In this document: positions 35,743-47,951 of the stretch, one piece after another | Layout of the letters: every line of letters begins with the position of its first letter | How positions within the stretch are numbered: position 1 is the first letter of the stretch | Assembly: GCF_000143415.4 (NCBI RefSeq) | Contig: NW_003314305.1 | Location: 1,522,834-1,586,833, forward strand | DNA: 64,000 bases | Source: Selaginella moellendorffii | Taxonomy: Eukaryota > Plantae > Lycopodiophyta | Direction: 5' to 3' | Made by a program: the position numbers and the translations under genes | Notes under the pieces: generated by a model | What the model was told of the DNA's origin: nothing | Databases searched by the model: none | What the model saw: only the letters and a program-made list of their open reading frames with translations

Positions 35743-38532
35743 CTAGCGTCTGGAGCGCATGGAGATCGCAAGAACCTGTCTCAATGCCAATGCCACTTCC
35801 ACCATTGTTGGCCTCTCCTTGGCCTCCTTTGTCATGCACCACGCTCCAACTTCTGCCAGCTTTAGCACTGCTCTCTTGTCCGTGGCGTCGTTGCTACCAC
35901 ACCTCCTGTCAAGAACAAGGCCCAACATTTCCTCCTTTCCAGATTCAATCACCTCGCATGCCTGTCTTGCCTTGCTGCTCGATCTGTCCCCTATGACTAG
36001 CTCCATCACCAAGCCTCCGAATCTGTAAACTTCGTCCGCCTTGAGGCCGAAGTTGTGAGAGCCGACCCTCTTCACACAGCTCCTCCGCGAGCTTCCAAAG
36101 CCGGCAAGCTTTGCGTTCCAGGACTTGTCCAAGAGAATGTTCTCTGAGCTCACGTTGCCGTGGATGATGCTCGGCTCCACGTATGAATGGAGGAACTCGA
36201 GAGCGCTGGAAACCTGTACCGCGATTCTCAGTCTCGAGCTCCAAGCCAGTGTGCTAGCGTTAGAGAAGAGATGATCCGCTAGTGAACCGTTTGGGACATA
36301 TTCGAGAACGAGGAAGTTTTCCTTGCGATTGAAGCAGTAGCCCGTGACGCCAACGATGTTGAAATGGCTGGCGCTGGAGATCACTAGGAGCTCGTCGCGT
36401 GCCAGTTTCGTCTTCTTCACCACTACTTGCTGTTCATCAGGTAGTTTAGCTCTGTAAACACACGCTCTGCGTCCCCTGGATATCAAGTTGCTGGAGCTAA
36501 ACTTGTCGGTGGCTTCTCGCAAAACTTGTGGAGAGAAGACTTTAATGTTCTTTGGCAGCAACAATGGACGTTCCATCTCACGATCGTTGTCGTCGAAGAG
36601 CAAGAGCACACGCCGCATATACGTAAGAACGATCAATCCTGCAACGAGCATGCCTCCCAGTCCTCCACACACGGCTGCTATGATCACTGCTGGATCTTCC
36701 GGTGGCGAGAGTCCACCAGCAGGCTTTATCGTGTACTTCAGAGCCCAGCCCCGTCCATTCCCAGTTTTAGTTCGAAACTCGAGCAGCACTGGACCAGGAA
36801 AAGTTTCTCGAGGCAGCGAAGAGTATCTTCCGGTGTAGGCTCTCACTATGTTCGCTACGTCAGACTTGTCACCTCTGTAAACCAGAAGCTCGTCTTGGTT
36901 TTGAACTGTATCGAAACGGACGAAGTCGAGTTCCACGTTTGGGCCGTCAAGAAACCAAGCGCAAGTATGCTGTTCGAGATAAGTCGCGTTCTCGGGAGTT
37001 CCATCAGTTAAAACACCACTTTTTTCTGTCACTCTTGTTGTGCCGAAGCAAAATCCTGAAAGGAACAAAGTAAGTGAGCACTTCGGTGTAAGCAAGAAAG
37101 TCAGCTTACCAGCTTGATACGCGATGTCCCAGCCCATCTCGGTCAAGGTTGGGTTGTTTCCAGTTTTGAACTCGAGCAGAAACTCCGAAGTGTAGAGTTC
37201 CAGCTGGTGAGGTGAGCCAAGCCCGCTATACATTTTCTCCAAGCATGCATCCAAACGGTAGATATATATTGGCGCAAAGCACGAGTGCAAGTAGACATAG
37301 TCGACGTTTTTCACAATGGCCATGTAGTTTATCTTGACGCGTACCACAGCAGCCCCTGGCATGGTGACTCGCCATTCGCAATGCAAGCCGTGGCTGTAAG
37401 GTTGGAGTCCCACACTGTGGTTGACAATCAGCCCTTCACTTATAATCCCATGATAGTCATTTCTCTCGCTCAATCCCTTGCAATGTTCTGTCAAAGGTCC
37501 AAATGTTTAGAAGAAAGGCGAGAACGAGAGAGGCATACCGTATGAGTGAAGTGCACAAAGTTTCGTCTTGTCGCTCCAAATCTGTTGTACCATGTACCGG
37601 TAGCCATTTATCCCGCTTAAGTTCCAGCTGATTTTCCCGTCGTCAATCACCGGCTTTGCAGAAATTGATAAACCGGTGGGAGACGGACACAAGGTCGTGA
37701 CTGTGGAAGATAGACTGCTGTGCCAGCCATCGAAGTCAGTGTTTGTTGCCATGGACACAGTTTGTGCGAGCACAGAGCTGATCAGGGAATCCAACTGGCC
37801 TTTATCCTTCGCATTTGGTGGTGAAAGAAACTCGTGATAATAACTCCAGAGGTTGCAGTATTCCGCCCCCCCTGGCTCCCGGGACCATGCCAGGCTTAAC
37901 TCGGGACCAACTTCTTCAGCCTTGAAAAGTCTAAACCGCCTGCTGCAAAGAGATGTGCCGAAGTCTTCTGAAAAGGACACCTTCTCGCTAAAGAGAAGAT
38001 GGTACACCGCAGTCTCATCTTGAGGGAGCACTGAACTGCACAACGGAGGCGTTTGAGACGGCGAAGAAGAGACGTTGAAAGCCTGGAGCATAAGTGAAGT
38101 GAGAGCTTCTCTGCTTAAGTTTGACGCCGTAGAACTCGAGCACTCCACCGTGCCAAGCGACACATTACTGGAAACTGGCTGACCGTTCCCATCTGTGTAC
38201 TGCGTAGCAACCTTCCACCAGTTGAAAAGATCCGGCAGTCCATCACCACTTTCAACCGAGAGCGAGCGAACCGCATTTCGAAGAGCTTCCTTGGACTTGT
38301 CCTCCCACGGACCAAGCCAGATGAGATAGACCACTATAGGTTCCACGAGCAGTCTGCCTCCATGGTAATGGACTGCCGTTACATCTATGAGACTGAATGG
38401 TGGACTCGAACTCTTCGGAGTATCATCCGGCCCGTCGACGAGGAAACTCGTGCTAGAAAACTCTACCTTGCTAGAGCAGAGAGAAAGCAGCACCATGAAG
38501 CCGAGAAACAGACCAAGCCTGAGCAGCAGCAT
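35743..38532 (-). CDS. Receptor-like pseudokinase copy A: SP - EXORDIUM/Phi-1 - CUB - CUB - TM - dead kinase
   Basis: Exons 38532-37539, 37487-37110 and 37055-35743, with phase-1 GT-AG introns of 51 and 54 bp. Phi-1: YHGGRLLVEPIVVYLIW, WWKVATQY, PPN, NLSGINGYRYMVQQIW. CUB: C..GVLTDG..Y...CAWFL..VELDFVRFDT..QDELLVY.G..YTG..VLLEF..GWALKY. Kinase has HGN and GFG. Confidence 0.85.
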
Positions 38533-38734
38533 GACCCTGCTTCCGGAACTCGAGCAGAGAAAAGTGATCCAGTGATGTCCTGTACGCACTGTTGTTTTAT
38601 AAGCGCGGCATCGGGGACTCAGAAGAAAGCTCCAAGTGGAGAGATACCGGTACAAGAGGACAAACCGAAAGGAACGCCGCTTCAGGAGGCCCGACGACAG
38701 CTTCCCATTGTAGCTTGAGGTTGCTTTGCTGCTT

Positions 38735-41572
38735 CTAGTCTCTGCTTTTCCCAGGTGGCGGACGCTGTTTCTTCGATGCCGAGCGTAGAACCATTGCGGT
38801 AACTTGGCTTAACGTGGAAGAAACTTCAACCATGCTTGGTTGTCTCCTACTGTCGCTCATGCACCAGGCAGCGATCTCTCCCATCTTCGCAATCTGGCTT
38901 TCATTCTCGAGCCGCTTGTCCATGATAGTGTGTCCCATGCCTGTCTCTATCGCGGCCAAGGCTTCTCTCTTGTGTTTTCGATCGCTCGAAGCCTTTCCCG
39001 TCACCAGCTCGAGCACCAGGCTGCCAAAGCTGTACACGTCTTGTAGCTTCAGAGACGGTTTGATGGCAACGCTGCTGCTTTGAGCTCTGCCGAATCCACT
39101 CAGCTTTGCATTCCAGGAGCCATCGAGGAGAACGTTCTCGGCGCTGATGTTGAGGTGAACGACGTGGGGCTCGGCGTATGTGTGCAGGTACTCGACTGCT
39201 CTGGATATCTGGCAAGCGATTCTAAGCCTGTTCCCCCAGCTGATCGGAGGCAGTGTATCGTCGAAAAGTCGTCGAGACAAGCGGCCGAGATGCATGTAGT
39301 CAAAGACAAGGCACTTCTGCTCTGCGTCGGACGAGAAGCCGACCAGGTCGACGATGTTTGCACTGCGAATGCGCAACAAGATGTCAAGCTCAAGCTCGGA
39401 GACCTTCTTCTTTATGACAACAACACAACCGTCTTGCAGGGTACCACGGAAAACGTTTCCATCTGAGTCTGACACCACATTCGCCGGATAGAAATCCATG
39501 GTCGCCTCTCGGAGCTCTTCCAGCGAAAACTTTCTTCTTGTGTGGAGTCGCGGCTTTTCTTCACTTGGCTGGATCTTTGAGCGTCTGACCGGAAGGACCG
39601 AAAAGTTGCAGCAAAGAACCACAGCTCCAAGGAAGATCACACCCGGTACGAACACACCACATACAGCCCCCAGTGCAGTCACTGCCGCAGATCTAGCTGT
39701 ATATGACAAGTGCGTAGTAGTTTGTGGAGAATCCATCACGTAGTTTAGAGCCCAACCGTCGCCGTCTCCTGTTTGACTGGAGAATTCCAGTGTTATTGGA
39801 CCTTTGAATGCCTGACGTGGGAGCTCGCCTTTTCCGGAATACTCTGCAAGGACCTTGTGATGGTCACGGTGGTAGACTCGAATGACGTCGCTGCTTGCAA
39901 TGGTTTCCAGTCTGGTGAAGTAAAGCCGGACCTTACTGTTTTGCAGTGCATGGAAGTGCCACGAACAGTTTGAGCCCTTCATATACTTGACGCCTTTTGG
40001 AGAGCCATCGTTGATCGATCCTCTTGCCTGGCGTACATCAACACTGCGTTTACAAAAGCCTGCAAAATGGAAGTATTTGAATCGCTAAAAAGTTTAAACC
40101 ACGCTGACAAATCACCTGCTTTGTAGCTGATCATCCAACCCATTCTGTTGGGAGAAGCTTGTGATCCGCTGGTAAACTTGATGTGAAAACTTGCACCCTT
40201 TGCATCGACTAGCTTCTTTCCAGGTGAATAGCCTTTTAGCACGATCCTCTTGCAAATTCTGTGTCTGCACTCGTAAGAAATTTCCACTGTATCACCCGGG
40301 CCGAGGGCCAAATAGTTCAGGTGGATGCGTATGTGAACTGCGTTGGAGACACTCACGGTCCACTGACAATGAAGGTTCGAATTGTAAGGCTGCAAGCCAA
40401 CCTTCGCGCCAGGAGTTGAATCCACAATAAGACTAACCATAATAGTTCCCGTGACTGTCGTTAGCTTCCGTTTGCCTTGGCATGATCCTGCAAAAAAGAA
40501 AGAAAAAGGGAGAAAATTAAACGACAGCTTGTAGGGGTTACGTACTGAGAGGTTTGAGAGCACAGTTCCGTTGATCCTGGTTCCAAAGCTGCTGAACGAG
40601 GTAGCGCGTTCCATTCCTTCCATAGACATTCCAGCTTATCATCTTCTCGCGGTCATGAATTACGGGCATGACGGAGTCCTCCGAGCCGGTTGGAGAAGGA
40701 CATTGTTGAGCCACCGAAGTTTGTGAGTTGCTTGACGCCACCCATCCTTTGAAGTCCCAGTTGGTAGCCATGTCGGCAGTTTGTGCCAGAACTTTGCTGA
40801 TTAGTGAGTCGAGACCGCCACTCTTTCCATTCGGAGGCGTGTAAGACTCTCCAAACCTTGTCACCAGGTTGCAGTATTCCTTGTGAAAAGGCACTCTCAC
40901 CCAAGCCAAGCTGATCTTTGGCCCGGATTCGTCGACTCGGAACAAACTGGCGCGGCCGGCACAGTTCGTGAAAGGGAGAAAATCTTTACCGGTACGCAGA
41001 AATGTAACGTGCTTGCTGAAGAGGACGTGATATACTGCAGTGTTTTCTGCCCGAAACACCTTAGTGCAGTTTGCCTGAATTGGAGAGGAGCGGTTGAACG
41101 CCTGTGCAAAAGTTCCCAGCAGCTTTGGCATTTCGAGCTCCCGTAAACTGAGTGAGCATTCGCTGCCGAGCGAAATACTGCTCGAGACAGGCCGAGAGGT
41201 AGCGTCAGTGTACTGAGTGGCAACCTTCCACCATTTCGAGAGTGTCGGATACCCTGTATTGTTTCTGTCAAGCTTGCCGGGTGACTCGTCATTAAGCGAA
41301 AGAATTGCATAACGAACTGCTTGCTTGGCGTGCTTAGTCCAGTTACCGATAAAGAAGAAGTAGACAGTGATGGGCTCTACAAGTAAACGACCACCCTTGT
41401 ATTCAAAGGAAGACGTCTCTGCCGGGGACTGGACATGTCGGGCAAGAATGCGGAAAGCATAAGTCTCGTTGTAGATATTCCTGTCAGCCGCTGGGAAATC
41501 CTCATAAAAACCCCAAGCCGATCTTGTAATGACTGGTAATAACAGCCACAGAACATGAAAAGCAGTGCCCAT
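38735..41572 (-). CDS. Receptor-like pseudokinase copy B (same architecture)
   Basis: Exons 41572-40546, 40487-40116 and 40059-38735 splice in frame. Phi-1: YKGGRLLVEPITVYFF..WWKVATQY..PPNG. Two CUB-like units and a TM. Kinase has HLNISAENVLLD and AKLSGFG. Confidence 0.85.
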
Positions 41573-41777
41573 AGTCCTGGAGAAACAAAACACCAAGAAC
41601 TCACATGAGAATTCAGAACAAAAGAAACTTTAAACAGTGCAAGCTACCTCGTAATAATTTGCTCGACCGGTGGAAGCACCAAGGCCGAAAAGCATAATCG
41701 ACAGACTGGCAGCGACTTTGCAAGATCGTCCAAAACAATAGCTTTAATCCTTGAGTGAGCTTTGTCCTCGAGTAGAT

Positions 41778-44469
41778 TCAGCCTGGACGCTTACTATGCC
41801 GCTTGGATTGACCAAAGAAAATAGTTTCCACCTGTGCCAACACCGCGGCCACCTCCATCATGTTCGGTCTGTCCTCCGGCTTGTCCTTCATACACCAGGC
41901 ACCTATCTCCGCCATTTTCAGCAAAGCTCGCGCACTTCTTTCTCGTTCGCATGGCACCTCCAACCTCCTGTCCAAAATTTCGTAGCCGGACCCTGTGTCG
42001 ATAACATGAACAGCCCAGCGGGCAACGACTGTTGGCTGGTCCTCTTCTGCGTTCAAAGCACTCTGTCCCATGAGCAGCTCCAAGATAAAAACTCCCACCC
42101 TGTAAACGTCTTCGGCTTTCAGCTTGAGTTCCTGGCTCCTGGAACGTACACTCAAAGCGCTGCCGAATCCCGCGAGCTTGGCATTCCAGGAACCGTCCAG
42201 GTAGACGTTGATGGAGCTCACTGACCGGTGAACCACGCAAGGCTCCGCAAACGTATGCAAGTATCCCAGAGCTCTCGCGACTTGCGTAGCAACTTTCACC
42301 CTGCGTTCCCACGAAAGAGCCGAGCACTTGTCGTCGTCAAAGAGATGGCTGAAGACGGAGCTGTGGCACATGTCTTTGAAAATGAGGAAGCTTTCGCTGA
42401 TGTCGTAGCAGACACCCAAGACGGAGGCCACGTTGGAATGCTTGATCCTTGACAAAAGCTCGAATTCCTTCTCGCACGAACGCATGGACCGTTGTATCAG
42501 AACGAGCTGCTGGTTGGGCAAAACTCCTCTGAACATATCCGGTGCAACCAGCTTTTCTTTGCAGAAGTTGCTGGTCGCAGCATCCAGCTCTGCTCTTGAA
42601 AACTGTCTGCTAGTCAGGCTGAAAACAGTGTTGTACTTGCACGAGCGCAATATCAACCAGACCCCGCCAATCAAACACAGCATTCCCGAGAGCGCTCCAA
42701 GTATTACGGCCAGTAAGTTTTTCCTGGAAGATGGACCGTGTGAACCTGAATCCGGGTGCTCCATCTGGAAGTTTGCAGCCCAGCCATCACCGTCGTCAGT
42801 TTCCGTTGAAAACACCAACAGTAGAGGTCCAACGTAAGTCCGGTTTGGAAGAACGGAATAACGTCCCGAAAAGACCTCCAAAATAGAGTCGCTGCGCTTA
42901 GCGTCTCCTTGGTAAACAGTAAGCAAGTCTTTCCCTTGCACTGTATCGAAACGAGTAAACTGAAGATGGACATTGCTGCCTGGTTTTGCCTTGAAGAGCC
43001 AACTACACTCACGCATACCCAGGTACTGCGCTCCATCAGGACTTCCATCTGATAAGAAACCAAAACGATCGGTAGTGGTAATGGTCTCGAAGCAGAATCC
43101 TGAACAAATCGTATTGATGAGTTTCTGAAGAAATAGCAAGAAATAAGCTTACCAGCTCTATACTCTAATTCCCAGCCCATGGAGAGAGGTGTTTGCTTGA
43201 CACTCGTCTTAAACTCAAGCTGCAGATTCGAGTGAACAACATCCGGAAGGCTTACTTGAGTACTAGTCCCAGCCATAGATTTTATCATGTCACAATCAAC
43301 CTCTCTGCCGAGTATCAAGCTCGATATAGGACACACGTATAAGTTCAGCTTGTCGTTAACGCCTAAAGCCATGAAGTTGACAGTCATACGAATGACTTTA
43401 GAGTGCGGAATAGAGAGGAACCACATACAATCAAGACCTGGTGGATATGGCTGCAAACCAACGTTATGGTTTATAATCAAGCCCTGGCTTATCAGGCCTC
43501 TTGGCTTGTTCAGGACTGCCGGCTCATGACAATAATCTGCAAAGAAAGATTAGTTATACAAGATCAGTTCTAACACCTAAACAAGACAGTACCTATGATC
43601 TGAAGAGCACAATTGTTGTTTTTCTGGCTCCACAGTTGCTGCACGATATACCGCGAGCCGTTTATGCCTCGCAAGTTCCAGCTGACGCCGTCTTCCTCTA
43701 TCACGGGACCATTTTTATCAGCCCACCCCGTTGGCGATGGACATTTGGAGCTGACCGTATCCCCAGAATCGTCGTTCCAGCCATCGGACTCTGTGTTTGT
43801 AGCCCTCTCAGCGCTGCTGGCTAAAACTGCGCTAATTAGCGAGTCCAAGCTCGTGTCTCCATTTGGGGGCCCAGCATACCCTCCAAAACGGCGCCAGAAG
43901 TTGCAATACTCGTCCGGTCGAGGCTCTCTTGTGTATAGATAAGTTCTGTTTCCACCAGCATCTATATACCGTCCTGAACACTCGTAGACACCTGTGCTGT
44001 CCAGCTCCTTGCTAATGACTGCGTGATAGATCCCATTTGCGTCTTCCGGAAACACGGAGAAGCAGTCCTTGGAGACGGCAGATTTCATCAACTGTATGGA
44101 GGCGTTGCCGACACTAACAGAACACTCGATTCTCGACAAGGAAATGTTACCGGAAACTGGCCTCTGACTGGAGTCGTTGTACTGTGTCACAATTCTCCAC
44201 CACTTCGACAGTGTTGGGAATTCAGAAGGCCCGTCGTCGGACAGAGATATGACGGCGCTGCGAACGGCTTCTTTGGAGTGCTCCGACCAGGGGCCAACCC
44301 AAGCAACATAGATCGTGATAGGATCAACCATAAGCCTTCCCCCTTGGTATGCAAAACCGTTGCTACCAATAACAGATCGAATGGTGCTGCCAGAAGCCAT
44401 CGATAAATTAGCAAGTCCCACCCATAGCACTGAAAGCACAAGAGCTTCAAGCGGCATCTTAGCCATCAT
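41778..44469 (-). CDS. Receptor-like pseudokinase copy C (same architecture)
   Basis: Exons 44469-43593, 43536-43153 and 43099-41778. Phi-1: YQGGRLMVDPITIYVAW..PPNGDTSLDSLI. Two CUB-like units and a TM. Kinase has LVLIQR (no beta-3 Lys), HRSVSSINVYLD and AKLAGFG. Confidence 0.85.
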
Positions 44470-44760
44470 ACCTCTTCGAGTTTCAAAAGCCTCCCTTCCT
44501 AGTCCTCATGTAAAAGCCATGCCGTGTTACGATCAACACGATGGGCTCGCAGCAGTGTCCGAGCTCACCAATGTATAAATGTTTGTCACTGCAGCTTCAT
44601 CTGCAAAATCTAGGTGTTAACAAGGTAGAAGACAAGTTATGACGGGACAAACAGCCACGCAGAAAACAGAATGCAAACTTGTCGCATGCACAGAACGTCG
44701 ATGAAACAAACCTTCAGACCTTTCAAGCATGTGATTTCCTTAGGACACAAGCAAGGCAAA

Positions 44761-46016
44761 TTATCCAGTCAAAACGTTGGCCATACCAGTAAGAGAAATA
44801 AGTAAAGGATAGTTGTGGTCTGCATCATAATTTAACCATTGCGTATTTTCGGCTTGCAAAAACTCCTTGTGCAGCTTGTAAATATCAGCATCATATACTT
44901 CCTTGACGGCAACAGCCAGACCAGCAGATTTTGCAATCTCAATAAATTTGAAAAGGCTTCCACCTCTGCAAGGACAGAAAAGTAGAGCCTCGGAAGTCAT
45001 TGTACGTGTCAAAATCGATTTGATAGTATGCACCAGATCGAGATGAAAATCTTTGAAGTAAGTGCTAAGCCACAGAAAAAAAGCATCCATCAAATCCCAT
45101 CTGTCATGAGGAACGTCTCTTACCAGTCAGCAGCAATAATAAAATCAAATTCAGAGTCCAGAGGTACTGGCTCTTTGCACCAGTACAAAACCTCTGAGCT
45201 GACTTTAGTCTTCCCAAACAGCTCCGCATTCAGTCTGCAATTTTTCTGGATATCTGCCAGGACGGAAGTCAAGGAGCCAAAAGAGAGGCGGCAAAAATAT
45301 TATAGGATACAATTCACAACCTTCGGGTTGCCATCCGTGATTAAAACTTCGGCAGCATCGGTACAAGCTGCCAATGCTAGTCCCGCTAATCCATATCCAG
45401 CACCAAGTTCTATAATCCTCTTGTTCCTGTCAATCCAAACGCTACCCACAGATTGGAATTGGATGGAAAAAGAAATGGAAGAGCGAGATATCACGTACCT
45501 AAACATTTCCGGTCGTGAAACGCAATAGGAAGCAAGAATCTCTTCAGCTGGCCACAAACCTATGAAAAGCTTGTGATCTTCACTTAAGAAAAAGAATAGA
45601 AATCTCCACTTACAAATAACACCAGTGTTGTCAATGCCGAGCTCTCTACAGCTCGAATGATCGCTAAGCTTAAACTGGCCGCTGCGTGATTGCCTACAGG
45701 AAGAAAATTCACCAATGATAACAAAGAAAGCGATAAACCTCATCAGCAATGCAGTCGTCCGCTCATCCGGGAGCGTGTACTCCCACAGAATACCATCGAT
45801 CTCCTCGTTATCTTCCACGCAGCGGCTCGCGATCAGGCCAAAGCTCCCGGACGGGACTCTGGATACTCTCGCAGCCTCCTCGTCAATCTCATCTGCGGCA
45901 TTGCAAGTCTGGACAATGTGGGAGCCGATCCAGCTCAAGAACATACCAGATTTCGAGCGGAGCAGCGATCGCTTGAGAAGGCGCCATCGCAGAGCCGCGG
46001 GAGACGAAGCTGCCAT
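44761..46016 (-). CDS. CAMKMT: Calmodulin-lysine N-methyltransferase, multi-exon
   Basis: AALRWRLLKRSLL; IDNTGVIC-LWPAEEILA; KRIIELGAGYGLAGLALA; VLITDGN; FDFIIAAD; NYDADHNYPLLI. Confidence 0.9.
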
Positions 46017-46039
46017 TGTAAAACCCTAACGCTATTTGG

Positions 46040-47951
46040 TCAAATTAGAATGACATTACATGGATTTCTAGTAGTAGTTTCACTAGCAGTGGTTTTACTA
46101 TAAGAGCGCCGGATCAAGCACGCTCCACAGAGCAAACACGAGAGTCCCATCAAGCACGACGCTCCAGAGATAATTGCGACCACGTTTCTCCTGGAAGATC
46201 GACGCTGCGACTCCGATTCTGGATGATCCATCTCAAAGTTCGCGGCCCAGCCATCGCCATCACCGGTTTGGGTCGTGAAAACCAGCAACACTGGCCCGCT
46301 ATACGTCCGGTTTGGAAGAATGGAGTAGCGTCCCGAGAAGCTTTCCAAGATGGAGCCCCGGAGCTTGTCGTTTCCTTGATAGACAGTGAGGACGTCTCGG
46401 CCTTGGATCGTGTCGAAACGAGTGACCTTTAGCCGGACTTCGGTGCCTTTTTTCGCGTTTAAGACCCACCTACACTCGCGCAAGCCCAAGTACTTCGATC
46501 CCTCGGGACTTCCATCCGATATAGAGCCCGATCGGGCGGAGGCCACAGTGGTTCCATTGCAGAATCCTGGAGGACGAAAAAAACAGAGCCTTTTTTCTTC
46601 TTCCAGAAGCAAAACTAGAAGATGATGTTCTTACCAGCTTTGTATTCGATCTCCCATCCCAGAGAACCAGCCGCTTGTTCGTCCGCGCTTGTTTTAAACT
46701 CGAGTATCAAGTTTGTGGGAACGAAGTCCGGAAGGACGATCCGAGAGCTAGCACCAGTCATGGATCTTAGCACCTCGCAACTATCAACTCGGCCGGAAGC
46801 ACGCGGCAATATGGGACACTCGTAGAAGTTGAGCTTGTCTGTGATGCTTAGAACCATGAAGTTCACGGTCACACGGAAGATCTTCGCTGTTGGAACGTCG
46901 AGGAGCCACAGGCAATTCCTTGCAGGAGGATATGGTTGCAAGCCAACGCTGTGGTTGACGATCAAGCCCTCGCTTATCAGGCCTCTTGGCTTGTCAACCG
47001 GTTTGATGGAGTGGCATTTTGCTGTACGAACAAGCAAACAACGTGAAATCATTCATGCATGCACACTCATGGTCACGACTTACCAATGATCTGGAGAGCA
47101 CAATTGCTGTTCTCTAGGCTCCAAAGTTGCTGGATGAGGAACCGTGAGCCATTTATCCCGACCAAGTTCCAGCTCACGCCATTCTCCTCGATCACGGGAC
47201 TGTTTCCATCGCTGAGTCCCGTTGGAGACGGACACAAGGAGCTGATAGTTCCTCCGGAATCGTCCTTCCAGCCGATCGTGTCGATGTTTGTAGCTCTCTC
47301 GGCGCTGCTGGCTAGAACTCTGCTGATCAACGAGTCCAAACCTGTGTCACCATTCGGTGCCTCCGCAAGTCCTCCAAACCGACGCCATAAGTTACAGTAC
47401 TCGTCTTCTCTCGGCTGCCGAGCAAAGAGATAAGTTCTTCCGCCACCATTCCCTTCAAATCTCCCAAAGCATTTGTAGACTCCCGTGCTGTCCAGATCGC
47501 TGCCGACGACCGCGTGATATATCCCATTTGGGTCTTCCGGAAGAACATCGCTGCATTGCTTCGAGACGGTGGATTCTATCAGCTCGACTGAAGCGTTGGC
47601 GATACTGACATAGCACTCGGTTGTCGACAAGGAGATCTTGCTAGAAACTGGCCTTTGGTTGGAGTCATTGTACTGCGTCGCGATTTTCCACCACCCGGAC
47701 AAGGTCGGGAGCTCTGAAGGTCTGTGATCATCCGAGGAAGAAAGAGATCGGATGGCGTTGCGAAGAGCTTCCTTGGAGTTCTCCGACCAGGGGCCAACCC
47801 AAGTAACGTAGATCGTGATCGGATCAACCATGAGCCTTCCTCCATGATATGTTAGATTAGCATTGTCAGATCGAATTGAGCTGCCAAAAGCAATGGTATC
47901 AGTCGATAGAAGCACGAGTTCAAGTGTAAGGAATAGGGACTGGAGCAACAT
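46040..47951 (-). CDS. Copy D: SP - EXORDIUM/Phi-1 - CUB - CUB - TM with no kinase (receptor-like protein or truncated duplicate)
   Basis: Exons 47951-47084, 47021-46635 and 46566-46040. Closest to copy C. Homology stops just after the TM, followed by a ~20-aa unrelated tail. Confidence 0.8.
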
